The notes under the pieces are model-generated. The model saw only the letters and a program-made list of their open reading frames with translations, was not told the DNA's origin and did no database searches. The position numbers and the translations under genes are program-made. A stretch of 64,000 nucleotides of DNA from Cytophagales bacterium (lineage in GTDB: Bacteria; Bacteroidota; Bacteroidia; Cytophagales; Cyclobacteriaceae): contig JANYHI010000034.1 of the NCBI GenBank assembly GCA_025359125.1, forward strand, positions 4,063 through 68,062. Reading direction: 5' to 3'. Positions 37,487 through 46,814 of the stretch are shown piece after piece; position 1 is the stretch's first letter, and each line of letters starts with the position of its first letter.

Positions 37487-40273
37487 ATGCGATTTTTTAC
37501 ACTCATGCTATTAGTTACTGCTTTTTCATGTACAAAGAAGGCAGCAACCGAACAAAAAATCTGGACAGCGTCTGCACCGGCTCTCGATCGGTATACTCAA
37601 ATTGACAGAACTGAAGAAACAGTTTTGCCGAACGGAAGAATTATTACGCCAGCAGGTAAACAAATTACAGTAGCGCCACATCCTTTTGGGTTGGCTTTAA
37701 GCCCTGATGGAAAAACAATTATTACCTCTAATTCAGGTGTTGGCCCATTTTCGATTTCTATTATTTCTAATTACGAATTGGATTCGCCTGTGATAAAGCA
37801 AATTCCTGAAACGCTAAACCAAGAGAAGGGTTTGTTGGATGCAGCCTTTATGGGATTGGCTATTTCTCCAGACAATCAGAAAGTTTATGTGGCAGGTGGC
37901 CAACAAAATAAGATTTATATTTTTGACGTCACCACAAATAAAAAATTAGGAGAGATAGACTGTAATAAATCGTTTGATGGAACGGATTATAATGACGGGT
38001 ACATTGGAGACTTGGTGTTAAACAGAGATGGCACACGACTTTACGCGGTAGATCAAATTGGTTTTAGAATGATCATTATTGACACTAAGACCAATCAGGT
38101 AATTCAAAATATAAAAACGGGTCGCTACCCATTTGGCATGGCACTATCGCCCGATGAAAAGACAGTTTATGTAGCGAATGTTGGCATGTTTGAATACAGC
38201 TACATCAAGAGTTTAGATAAGAAGAAACTAAATGAAACGGCCGCAAAATACCCAACCTCTGCGTATGGTTCAAAAGAAATGAGAGATGGGGTAAAAAATG
38301 ATTCCATCGAATTTGCAGGTTTGGGTGATCCAAATGTTCCTGAATCTTTTTCGGTGTGGGCAATAGATGTGAGTAAAAAAGAGGCGGTAGTTATTTCAAA
38401 AGTTAAAACAGGAATTTTAGTGGGCGAAGAAGTGGAAGGCATTGCGGCTGTAGGCGGATCGAGTCCTAACTCAATAGTAGCAACCGATGAGTTTGTTTAC
38501 GTGAGCAATGGAAATAATGATAATATTTCAGTGATTGATCCGAAGAAAAATATAGTGGTGAAGAGCATAGAGTTAAAACTAGATGAACGACTAAAAAATT
38601 TGAAGGGGATTATTCCATTTGGGGTAACTATCTCGCCCGATCAAAAAAGATTGTATGTGGCCGAAGCGGGTATCAATGCAGTGGCGGTCATCGATCTTTC
38701 ATCGCATGAAGTAGTGGGTCATATTCCTACCGGATGGTTTCCATCTAAGTTAAAAATAACTCCAGATGGTAAACAATTAGTTGTAACAAATGCAAAAGGC
38801 TTTGGCAGTGGCCCCAATGGTGGTAAAGATTTTAAGCCTCCGTTCGATCATCCCTATGCCAGTTACATTGGCGCATTGATGCAAGGCTGTGTGTCAATCA
38901 TGGATATACCTACAGATGAAAAATTGAAATTACTCACAGAAAAAGTAATTACTAATAATTTCTCTTTTAAAGAGATCACGTCAGCGAAAAGTGAGAATCC
39001 AATCCCCACTTTTCCGATGGCAAAAGAATCGCCCATCAAATACATTGTTTTTATCTCTAAAGAAAACAGAACCTATGATGAAGTATTCGGACAATTGAAA
39101 ACGGGAAAAGGAGATTCTGCTTTGGCTCATTATGGTGCAAACGTTTCTTTTACAAATAAGAGTAAGACCCTAAAAGTAGAGAAGGCAACTGTGATGCCGA
39201 ATCATTTGGCGCTGGCAGAACGATTTTCAATCAGTGATAATTTTTATGTTGATTCAGATGTTTCTGCAGATGGTCATGTATGGTTAACGAATACCTATCC
39301 GAATCAATGGATGGAGACACACCACCCCGCTTCTTATGGAGGTAAAAGAAATCAACGAGAAGAATCGAAGGCTCCTGGTAAATTTGGAATGACAGGGGCG
39401 GCAGGTGCAATTTTTCCTGAGTCGTACAACCAGGCGGGCTCGATGTGGGAACATTTAGAGCGGCACAATATTGAATTTTATAATTTCGGTTTTGGAGTGG
39501 AGTTTGATGCCGGAAGTTTTTCTGATTCTACTTTTAAATTTGGAGGAGTTCGGTATCTGGTAAATTACCCACTTCCAGGGCCATTGTATAGTCGTACTTC
39601 TCGTCAGTTTCCAACGTTTAATATGGCCATACCCGATCAATTTAGAGCAGATATTTTTATCAAAGAAATTACCGATAAATACATCGAAACAAAAAAACAA
39701 TTGCCTTCGGTGCTTACCCTCCAATTGTTGAACGATCATGGTGCGAGCGAAAGAGCCGCAGCCGGATTTCCATTTACTGAAAGCTACATGGCCGATAATG
39801 ATTTGGCACTGGGCAGAGTAGTGGAATTTTTAAGTCATTCGCCTTATTGGAAAAATATGATGATTGTGGTAACTGAAGATGATGCACAAGGAGGCCATGA
39901 CCACATTGATGCGCACAGAAGTATTTTGATGGTGCTTTCGCCCTACTCAAAAAAGAATTTTAACAGTCATCAACACTATAGCTTTGGCAGCATCTTTAAA
40001 ACGTTTTGGAATATACTTGGTACTTCCTATCTAAACCAATATGATTTTGGTACTACCGACTTGTCAGATTGTTTTACTACCCAACCAGATTTTACTCCTT
40101 ACAATGCATTGTCAGTTGATCCGAGAATTTTTGATCCAACCAAAGCGCTAACACCCCTACATGAAAAATTTGATTGGAAGGCATTTATAAACTCACCTGA
40201 ATTAGATGATTCTGAAGACATGAAAGAAAACTCAAAAAGAAAAGATGATGGTAGGAAGAGTGTGAATCACTAG
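37487..40273 (+). CDS. Fusion of a YVTN-type beta-propeller with a phosphoesterase-family (PLC/AcpA-like) domain
   Basis: Repeated blades (LSPDGKTIIT, ISPDNQKVYVA, LNRDGTRLYAV, LSPDEKTVYVA, ISPDQKRLYVA, ITPDGKQLVV). C-terminal IVFISKENRTYDEVFG ... TEDDAQGGHDHIDAHRS. Confidence 0.75.
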   Translation: MRFFTLMLLVTAFSCTKKAATEQKIWTASAPALDRYTQIDRTEETVLPNGRIITPAGKQITVAPHPFGLALSPDGKTIITSNSGVGPFSISIISNYELDSPVIKQIPETLNQEKGLLDAAFMGLAISPDNQKVYVAGGQQNKIYIFDVTTNKKLGEIDCNKSFDGTDYNDGYIGDLVLNRDGTRLYAVDQIGFRMIIIDTKTNQVIQNIKTGRYPFGMALSPDEKTVYVANVGMFEYSYIKSLDKKKLNETAAKYPTSAYGSKEMRDGVKNDSIEFAGLGDPNVPESFSVWAIDVSKKEAVVISKVKTGILVGEEVEGIAAVGGSSPNSIVATDEFVYVSNGNNDNISVIDPKKNIVVKSIELKLDERLKNLKGIIPFGVTISPDQKRLYVAEAGINAVAVIDLSSHEVVGHIPTGWFPSKLKITPDGKQLVVTNAKGFGSGPNGGKDFKPPFDHPYASYIGALMQGCVSIMDIPTDEKLKLLTEKVITNNFSFKEITSAKSENPIPTFPMAKESPIKYIVFISKENRTYDEVFGQLKTGKGDSALAHYGANVSFTNKSKTLKVEKATVMPNHLALAERFSISDNFYVDSDVSADGHVWLTNTYPNQWMETHHPASYGGKRNQREESKAPGKFGMTGAAGAIFPESYNQAGSMWEHLERHNIEFYNFGFGVEFDAGSFSDSTFKFGGVRYLVNYPLPGPLYSRTSRQFPTFNMAIPDQFRADIFIKEITDKYIETKKQLPSVLTLQLLNDHGASERAAAGFPFTESYMADNDLALGRVVEFLSHSPYWKNMMIVVTEDDAQGGHDHIDAHRSILMVLSPYSKKNFNSHQHYSFGSIFKTFWNILGTSYLNQYDFGTTDLSDCFTTQPDFTPYNALSVDPRIFDPTKALTPLHEKFDWKAFINSPELDDSEDMKENSKRKDDGRKSVNH

Positions 40274-40397
40274 CGTTAGCTGAACGGAAACTAAGAGGTA
40301 TTTTCTATTCTCAATAGAGTAATCTTCGGGAGAGAGATGATTTCAATAAAATTCGTGCTATCAAAAAAATAAGTAATCTTTGCACTTAATTTTACAT

Positions 40398-40428
40398 CGG
40401 TTGGTGATTCGCCAGCCGTTTTTTTTTT
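40398..40428 (+). terminator. Hairpin plus T10 (terminator of the upstream gene, or a leader attenuator of the downstream MBL gene)
   Basis: Stem cggttgg / ccagccg (40398-40404 / 40412-40418, one G-U pair) followed by ten T. Lies 125 nt after the stop at 40273 and 15 nt before the ATG at 40443. Confidence 0.55.
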
Positions 40429-40442
40429 GAAGCCAATAGAAA

Positions 40443-41282
40443 ATGACCTTACAAGTAGCATCCCTTAATTCTGGCAGCAATGGCAATTGCTATTACATTG
40501 GCAATAAAAATGAAGCGGTTTTTATTGATGCTGGAATTTCTTGTCGCGAAACGGAACGCAGGATGAAGCGATTAGCGCTTTCTATAAAAAAAGTGAAAGC
40601 GATATTTATTACGCATGAACATGCAGACCACATCAACGGACTAACCAAGCTTGTTAAGAAATTAAAAATTCCTGTATACATTTCAGCGTCCAGCAGAAAA
40701 TCTTCAGCGCTCAACTGGACGGAGGGAATAGCGGTAAATTTTAAAGCCTACGAACCAATAATTATAGGTGATCTTACCATAACGGCATCACCCAAATTTC
40801 ATGATGCGAGTGACCCATACAGTTTTGTTGTATCGCATAAGGGTATTCATGTGGGTGTTTTTACAGATGCCGGCAGAGTGTGCGATGATTTAATCAAGAA
40901 TTTTAAAATTTGCCACGCTGCTTTTTTAGAATCTAACTACGATGAAGAAATGTTAGAGCAGGGCGATTATCCGTTGTCATTAAAAAACAGAATACGCGGA
41001 GGAGAGGGCCATATTTCAAATAAAGAGGCGTTGCAACTTTTCTTGGCTCACCGCCCGCCATTTATGACGCATCTTTTCTTGGCGCATCTTTCTAAAAATA
41101 ATAATACGCCAGAAATTGCTGAGGCTTTATTTAAAAGCGTGGCAGGTGGAACACAAATTATAGTAGCACCTAGAAGCGGAGAAACAGAAGTGTATGATAT
41201 TGATGGAGTACCGGTTGCAAATACCGTTTCAAATTCTGCCTACAAAAATAAGTCTATTAATCAGCTTACTCTTTTTAGTTAG
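40443..41282 (+). CDS. MBL-fold metallo-hydrolase
   Basis: HxHxDH motif (ITHEHADHINGL). 279 aa. Confidence 0.8.
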   Translation: MTLQVASLNSGSNGNCYYIGNKNEAVFIDAGISCRETERRMKRLALSIKKVKAIFITHEHADHINGLTKLVKKLKIPVYISASSRKSSALNWTEGIAVNFKAYEPIIIGDLTITASPKFHDASDPYSFVVSHKGIHVGVFTDAGRVCDDLIKNFKICHAAFLESNYDEEMLEQGDYPLSLKNRIRGGEGHISNKEALQLFLAHRPPFMTHLFLAHLSKNNNTPEIAEALFKSVAGGTQIIVAPRSGETEVYDIDGVPVANTVSNSAYKNKSINQLTLFS

Positions 41283-41327
41283 CATAAACTTTTTCAACCT
41301 TAACTCTGAACCTTGAACGTTGAATTC

Positions 41328-42539
41328 CTAAAACCACTCGCCCAATCCGATGTAAAAATTAAATGCACCGGGCGCAAAGCCAAAATCAATAGCCAAGTTA
41401 GTATCGGATTTCTTATTGAATTTTACTCGGGCGCCAAAGCCAACAGCGGGGTTGATGTATTCAAATTTGTTAGTGAGGGGCTCACTCATGATTTGAATAT
41501 TTAAAAATCCAACGCCACCAAATAATCCATTTCTTGAAATATCGAATCTGTATTCTCCTTCTGCGTAAAACATATGTCTTCCGCGAAAGCGTGCAAGCGG
41601 ATATCCTCTGCCAGATCTGCCGTTTATATCTAGCTGCGTGCCGGGTAAATTGAAGTAAGGTACTTTTCCGTACGAACCCCAGTAGTAGGCAGAGACGGCA
41701 ATAATTTTTCTTTTAGGATCATCTAATCTGTAATACCTTCTCCAATCTAAAAAGAAAGATGTCCATAAATCTTCATTGCTAAGCCACGAAGGATTCACGC
41801 GCAGCATACCTAAAACAAAAAGTCCATCTGATGGATTGATTGAATTTTTTCGGTTGTCGTGCAGTAAGTTAAATGTAATTCCTGTAGCTGAATACGATGT
41901 TTTTGTGCCGATACCATATTTTTCAAATTCACCGGGCAAGCTCGGAATCTCACTTACACCGACACTAAAATTACGATCATAGGCCAGACCCATTCCTCCA
42001 AAAATATGATCATATAAGTTGTAATTGGCGCTGGCGTTAAACCGGATGTTGTCAAAGGTTAATCGAAATTGATCTGACTGTGTAGTGCCGCCTCCTAACC
42101 CAAATGAGTATTGAGTTAACGTGCTGACTCTGAATTCACCCGGTATGTTCCAAACGTTTCTTGGTGTGAAGAGATTGTACTTAAGACCAAATCCAAAATT
42201 TTCTGAAAAGTCGGTGTAGGGAAGAAAAAAAACGCTTGAGAAGTTTGTCTTTTCCTCATGGCCAATTATAAAAGCAGCATTAATAGAAGAAACCAGAATT
42301 TGTTTTCCTCCCGATTGGGTGGTAGCAGGGATAATTGTAAAAGCAACTTTCTTTCCTTTTTGAGGAGGAGCGCCTTCAGGAAGCGGTACTTTTTTGGTTA
42401 TGATTTCGATTATATCGGTTTGTATTATTTTTTTATTCTTTTGCGCAAACGCATGACTACTTAGAACTAATAAACAAATCAATAGAACCGAGCGCCTACT
42501 TATACTCATCATCAAAATCATTTCTGTAATTTGACCCAC
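41328..42539 (-). CDS. Outer-membrane beta-barrel protein (Omp85/surface-antigen-like C-terminal barrel)
   Basis: Signal peptide. Gly/aromatic-rich alternating strands. Terminal ...IGLGEWF. Confidence 0.55.
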   Translation of the reverse strand: MGQITEMILMMSISRRSVLLICLLVLSSHAFAQKNKKIIQTDIIEIITKKVPLPEGAPPQKGKKVAFTIIPATTQSGGKQILVSSINAAFIIGHEEKTNFSSVFFLPYTDFSENFGFGLKYNLFTPRNVWNIPGEFRVSTLTQYSFGLGGGTTQSDQFRLTFDNIRFNASANYNLYDHIFGGMGLAYDRNFSVGVSEIPSLPGEFEKYGIGTKTSYSATGITFNLLHDNRKNSINPSDGLFVLGMLRVNPSWLSNEDLWTSFFLDWRRYYRLDDPKRKIIAVSAYYWGSYGKVPYFNLPGTQLDINGRSGRGYPLARFRGRHMFYAEGEYRFDISRNGLFGGVGFLNIQIMSEPLTNKFEYINPAVGFGARVKFNKKSDTNLAIDFGFAPGAFNFYIGLGEWF

Positions 42540-42796
42540 TCTAATATTAAATTACTAAGCCAAAGGTATTGCGTTTTCAACTATTATTAATTGTGTTTTT
42601 TTGGGATTGCTTCCTGAATTTTGGAAACAAGTGTTGATCACAAGAAATAGATAAACTCATAATTCAAGTAAATGAAAATTTTAAGAGACAACGGGTGTGA
42701 TTTACCTAGATTTTGCTTAGATATTTAAAAAAAATATTGATCTTTAATCACTTTACTTATCTGTAAAATTTATAAAAATTAAATCGATTTCTTAAA

Positions 42797-44818
42797 ATGA
42801 GAATAACTGTATTCCTATTGTTGCTGCATCTTGTAAGCTTCGGCCAACAGAATCAAGAATGGCTTATTCAAACGCCATCCATTAACCCCAACAACTACTA
42901 CGGTGTAACGGTAGCCAACGGAATGGTAGGCTTGGTTTCATCTACAGAGCCCATGAAAGTAAAAGATGTGGTGTTGAATGGAGTTTATGATTATTATCAG
43001 CGCGGTCGCGTATCCAATATTCTTAAAACCTTTAACCATGTTAACATGAATATGGATGTAGACGGTAGTAGGGTTTCATCTTCTAATGTTTCCAATTATA
43101 GGCAGGTTTTAGATATGAAGAAGGCTGCATTGACAACTTCTTTTGATGTTGCAGATAAGGTATCTGTTGAGCACACATTAATGTCGCTTCGCCATTTACC
43201 TTATACCGCCATGACAATTGTTAAAATCACTGCTAAGAAAAACGTTACTGTAATACCCATGAGTGTGATTGAAGCACCGAATCACTTAACGGATGTTAGA
43301 AATTTGTATAGCGAAATCGATCGACCACATGTTAAAATTCCGTTACTTACCTCTGTTGGAAAAAGTCCATCGGGTAAACATACACTGGCCGTAAGCAATA
43401 GCTTTATTTTTAGCGAACCTCATGGACAGGAACCTGATTTGATTCACGAAGATTGGGACTACAACATGCACCTAGCCAAGTTTACTAAAGTTTTAAAAGC
43501 AGGAGAGACGTATAGTTTTAGTGTTGTTTCTTCGGCAACTTCTACCGGGCATTATAAAGATGCGCTAAATGAAGCTGAACGACTTACCATTTTTGCTAAG
43601 CTGGAAGGCACCGAGCGTTTATTAATGCGCCACCAAGAAGCATGGGATGAATTATGGAAAAGCGATATTTTAATTGAGGGCGAACCGCAGATTCAAAAAG
43701 ATGTACGTTTTGCTTTATATCATTTGTATTCTTTTTCCCGAGAGGGTACCGCATATAGTCTTTCGCCCATGGGGCTTTCTGGGCTAGGATATAATGGTCA
43801 TGTTTTTTGGGATACCGAATTATGGATGTATCCTCCGCTACTCGCATTGCAACCAAAAATTGCAAAGTCTTTATTAGAATATAGATTTCAGCGATTGGAG
43901 GCAGCAAAGCAAAATGCTTTTTCGCATGGATATAAAGGCGCGATGTTTCCTTGGGAATCATCTGATGAAGGTTCTGAGGATACACCCGTGTGGGCGCTGA
44001 CGGGTCCTTTCCAACATCATATTTCCGGATGCATTGGTTGGGCATTTTGGAAATATTATCAGGTAACAAAAGATAAAGTGTGGTTGAAAGAAAGAGGCTA
44101 TCCAATCTTAAAAGAGGTGGCTGATTTTTGGGCAAGTAGGGTAGAGAGAAAAGGCCTTGGTAAATATGAGATCAATAATGTGATTGGCGCAAATGAGTGG
44201 CAAGAGAATATCGATAACAATGCATTTACAAATGGAATGGCGATAACAGTTCTTCGCTACGCCAATCAGGCCGCGAAGGAGTTAGGGTTACCCATCAATG
44301 CAGATTGGGAACTGGTTGCTCAGAATATTCCTATCTTAAAATTTGCTGATGGAACTACAAAAGAGAACGCTACTTATGATGGTGTACTGATCAAGCAAGC
44401 AGATGTTAATTTGCTGGCGTATCCGTTAGATATTGTTTCTGATAAATCTCAAATCGAAAAAGATTTAGCTTACTACGAACCTCGCTATGCACCCGATGGC
44501 CCGGCCATGGGCTCTTCTGTGTTGGCAACTTTATATGCTAAGCTGGGGAAGGCCGATAAGGCGGCAGAAATTTTTAAGAAAAGCTATGAGCCCAATAAAG
44601 TTCCTCCATTTGGAGTGCTATCTGAAACGGCTGGTGGAACGAATCCATACTTTGCAACCGGAGCGGGAGGAATGTTGCAAGCTGTTATTTTTGGTTTTGG
44701 CGGATTAACTATTTCAGATACTGGCATCCAACAGCAAAAAGGAGTCATTCCTAAAAGCTGGAAGTCGCTGGAGATAAAAGGTGTGGGCGCAGGTAAAAGC
44801 ACATTTTTGATTAAGTAG
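42797..44818 (+). CDS. Secreted glycoside hydrolase family 65 protein
   Basis: Signal peptide (VFLLLLHLVSFGQQ). GH65 core motifs (GYNGHVFWDTELWMYPPLL, NEWQENIDNNAFTN). Confidence 0.85.
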   Translation: MRITVFLLLLHLVSFGQQNQEWLIQTPSINPNNYYGVTVANGMVGLVSSTEPMKVKDVVLNGVYDYYQRGRVSNILKTFNHVNMNMDVDGSRVSSSNVSNYRQVLDMKKAALTTSFDVADKVSVEHTLMSLRHLPYTAMTIVKITAKKNVTVIPMSVIEAPNHLTDVRNLYSEIDRPHVKIPLLTSVGKSPSGKHTLAVSNSFIFSEPHGQEPDLIHEDWDYNMHLAKFTKVLKAGETYSFSVVSSATSTGHYKDALNEAERLTIFAKLEGTERLLMRHQEAWDELWKSDILIEGEPQIQKDVRFALYHLYSFSREGTAYSLSPMGLSGLGYNGHVFWDTELWMYPPLLALQPKIAKSLLEYRFQRLEAAKQNAFSHGYKGAMFPWESSDEGSEDTPVWALTGPFQHHISGCIGWAFWKYYQVTKDKVWLKERGYPILKEVADFWASRVERKGLGKYEINNVIGANEWQENIDNNAFTNGMAITVLRYANQAAKELGLPINADWELVAQNIPILKFADGTTKENATYDGVLIKQADVNLLAYPLDIVSDKSQIEKDLAYYEPRYAPDGPAMGSSVLATLYAKLGKADKAAEIFKKSYEPNKVPPFGVLSETAGGTNPYFATGAGGMLQAVIFGFGGLTISDTGIQQQKGVIPKSWKSLEIKGVGAGKSTFLIK

Positions 44819-44841
44819 TAGTTTTCGGTTCGAAATATCAT

Positions 44842-45153
44842 ATACCCAAGATATTCCAGTATTTAAATTATGTCATTAGGTTTTACTCAAATGATCATCT
44901 TCCGATTCATGTTCATGTACAGCTCGGTAATAATCAAGAGTGTAAGGTTAATTTGTTGATTGAGGGGAATAACCTAATTTTGATATTTAAGAAGGTTAAA
45001 GGAAAAAGACCTTTGACGCTGGCTCAGGCGAATGAGGTTTCAGTTTTTCTTAAAGCGTACAAATCAAAAATAATTGAAAAATGGCAACAAGTATTTATCT
45101 TACACAAAGAAGTAAAGTGCGAGGTAATAAGATTAAAATTAAAAAGGAAGTAA
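44842..45153 (+). CDS. DUF4160-family small protein with no canonical start codon (ATA at the expected Met position)
   Basis: The frame is open from 44815. IPKIFQYLNYVIRFYSNDHLPIHVHV matches the family opening MPxI...Y..DH.P.H.H. There is no ATG/GTG/TTG before the TTG at 44953. Confidence 0.5.
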   Translation: MPKIFQYLNYVIRFYSNDHLPIHVHVQLGNNQECKVNLLIEGNNLILIFKKVKGKRPLTLAQANEVSVFLKAYKSKIIEKWQQVFILHKEVKCEVIRLKLKRK

Positions 45154-45425
45154 TCTTTATTACTGCCGCAGAGTATCTTATAGATTTTGTAATATCCCTT
45201 GGATTCAATACTGGCGAGAGTAGAAATGTTGATTTTTTGCCTCTTTTTCATCGCTACGTTAAAGGAACTAATCTCAAGTACTTAACTATTAAAAATTTTA
45301 AGAATTTCATTGTACAAGATGGTAATATTTTTTGGGGTAAAAACGAAGATGTAATTTTTACAATTGATTCTCTGTATGATGTTAATTCGAAGCAACAAGA
45401 TGAAATTCTATATATTATCAAATAA
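45081..45425 (+). CDS. DUF2442-family small protein
   Basis: VIFITAAEYLIDFVISLGFNTGESRNVDF... matches the typical DUF2442 core. The ATG at 45081 overlaps the DUF4160 3' end by 73 nt. Confidence 0.55.
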   Translation: MATSIYLTQRSKVRGNKIKIKKEVIFITAAEYLIDFVISLGFNTGESRNVDFLPLFHRYVKGTNLKYLTIKNFKNFIVQDGNIFWGKNEDVIFTIDSLYDVNSKQQDEILYIIK

Positions 45426-45432
45426 TAAATTG

Positions 45433-46758
45433 ATGATGCGTATCATATTTATTGTTTTCATTTATTTTTTGATTCCATGTGCCTGTAACACACCCTCAGA
45501 GGAATATAAATCAAAGGCAAACAACCCTGAGTTTCTTCATCGCACGATGAAGGCGATCACTGATCGTATCGTACACGATATTTTCTCTCCCCCGGTAGCC
45601 AGCAGAATTTATACCTATTCCAGTGTGGCTGCCTACGAGGCAATAATTCAGGGCGATAAAAATTTTAAAAGTTTAGCCGGACAGTTACACGGGTTAGATT
45701 CAGTTCCTAAGCCAGATCCGAATCTCGAATATTGTTTTCCACTGGCCTCTACTCAGGCGATGATTAAGGTAGGACGCACCTTAATTTTTTCTGAAGATGA
45801 CTTTGATAAGTTTACAGAACAGATTTACAACGAATGTAAAAATACAGGAATACCAGACGATGTGTATGAAAGATCCATCGCATATGGAGATCAGGTGGCA
45901 GCTCATATTTTAGAATGGTCCTCAAAAGATAATTACAAACAATCCAGAAGTTTCCCTAAATATTCTATCGAAAATAATCCGGCCACATGGAAACCCACGC
46001 CTCCTGCATATATGGATGCAGTAGAACCACATTGGAATAAAATCAGAACCTTTGTGATCGATTCAGCAGCTCAGTTTAAACCAATTCCGCCCACTCCGTT
46101 CTCCACTCAAAAAAATACTCAGTTTTATAAAGAGGCGACAGAAGTGTATGAGGTGGTGAAGAATAGTACCGCTGAGCAGCGCGCTATTGCCAGTTTTTGG
46201 GATTGCAATCCCTTTGCTATGAATGTGCGCGGCCACGTGATGTTTGCCACCAAGAAGATTTCTCCGGGAGGGCATTGGATTAACATCACGCGAGCAGTTT
46301 GTACAAAGTCGAAAGCAACTATGGCACAATCTGCCGAAGCGTACGTGAGAGTATCGTTATCATTAGTAGATGGATTCATCAGCTGCTGGGATGAGAAATA
46401 CAGAAGCCGCGTAATAAGACCTGAGACTTATATCAATCAATATGTTAATGAAGATTGGGTACCTATCTTACAAACTCCCCCGTTTCCGGAATATCCTAGC
46501 GGGCATAGTGTAATCTCTGCTTCCGCCTCTGTTGCTTTAACTAAATTGTTTGGAGACAATTATGCATTCACAGATTCGACAGAACTTGAATTTGGTATGC
46601 CGGCCAGAAGTTTTAAATCATTTTATGAGGCTTCAAAAGAGGCAGGCATCAGTAGAATGTATGGAGGAATCCACTATCGCCCTGCTGTAGAGCAAGGACA
46701 AAAGGAAGGCATAGCGGTGGGAGAATTTATAGCTTCAAGAATAATAACTAAGAAGTAA
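45433..46758 (+). CDS. PAP2-superfamily protein of the acid-phosphatase/vanadium-haloperoxidase type
   Basis: Signal/lipobox-like N-terminus (FLIPCAC). Motifs KYRSRVIRP, YPSGHS and SRMYGGIHYRPA. Confidence 0.75.
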   Translation: MMRIIFIVFIYFLIPCACNTPSEEYKSKANNPEFLHRTMKAITDRIVHDIFSPPVASRIYTYSSVAAYEAIIQGDKNFKSLAGQLHGLDSVPKPDPNLEYCFPLASTQAMIKVGRTLIFSEDDFDKFTEQIYNECKNTGIPDDVYERSIAYGDQVAAHILEWSSKDNYKQSRSFPKYSIENNPATWKPTPPAYMDAVEPHWNKIRTFVIDSAAQFKPIPPTPFSTQKNTQFYKEATEVYEVVKNSTAEQRAIASFWDCNPFAMNVRGHVMFATKKISPGGHWINITRAVCTKSKATMAQSAEAYVRVSLSLVDGFISCWDEKYRSRVIRPETYINQYVNEDWVPILQTPPFPEYPSGHSVISASASVALTKLFGDNYAFTDSTELEFGMPARSFKSFYEASKEAGISRMYGGIHYRPAVEQGQKEGIAVGEFIASRIITKK

Positions 46759-46814
46759 AGCAGCTTGCATCTTCCATTTCCTTTCGGCAACTTTAATCGG
46801 TTAACGAAACGTAA

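Noticed and set aside
17714-40382. Recurring AATCTTTG octamer upstream of plus-strand starts (17714-17721, 22251-22258, 31434-31441, 40375-40382), considered as a shared promoter or regulatory motif.
   Set aside because: It differs from the TAnnTTTG consensus at the first position. About two to five copies of any AT-rich octamer are expected by chance in 128 kb of two-strand sequence. I did not exhaustively scan coding regions, so I cannot establish enrichment.
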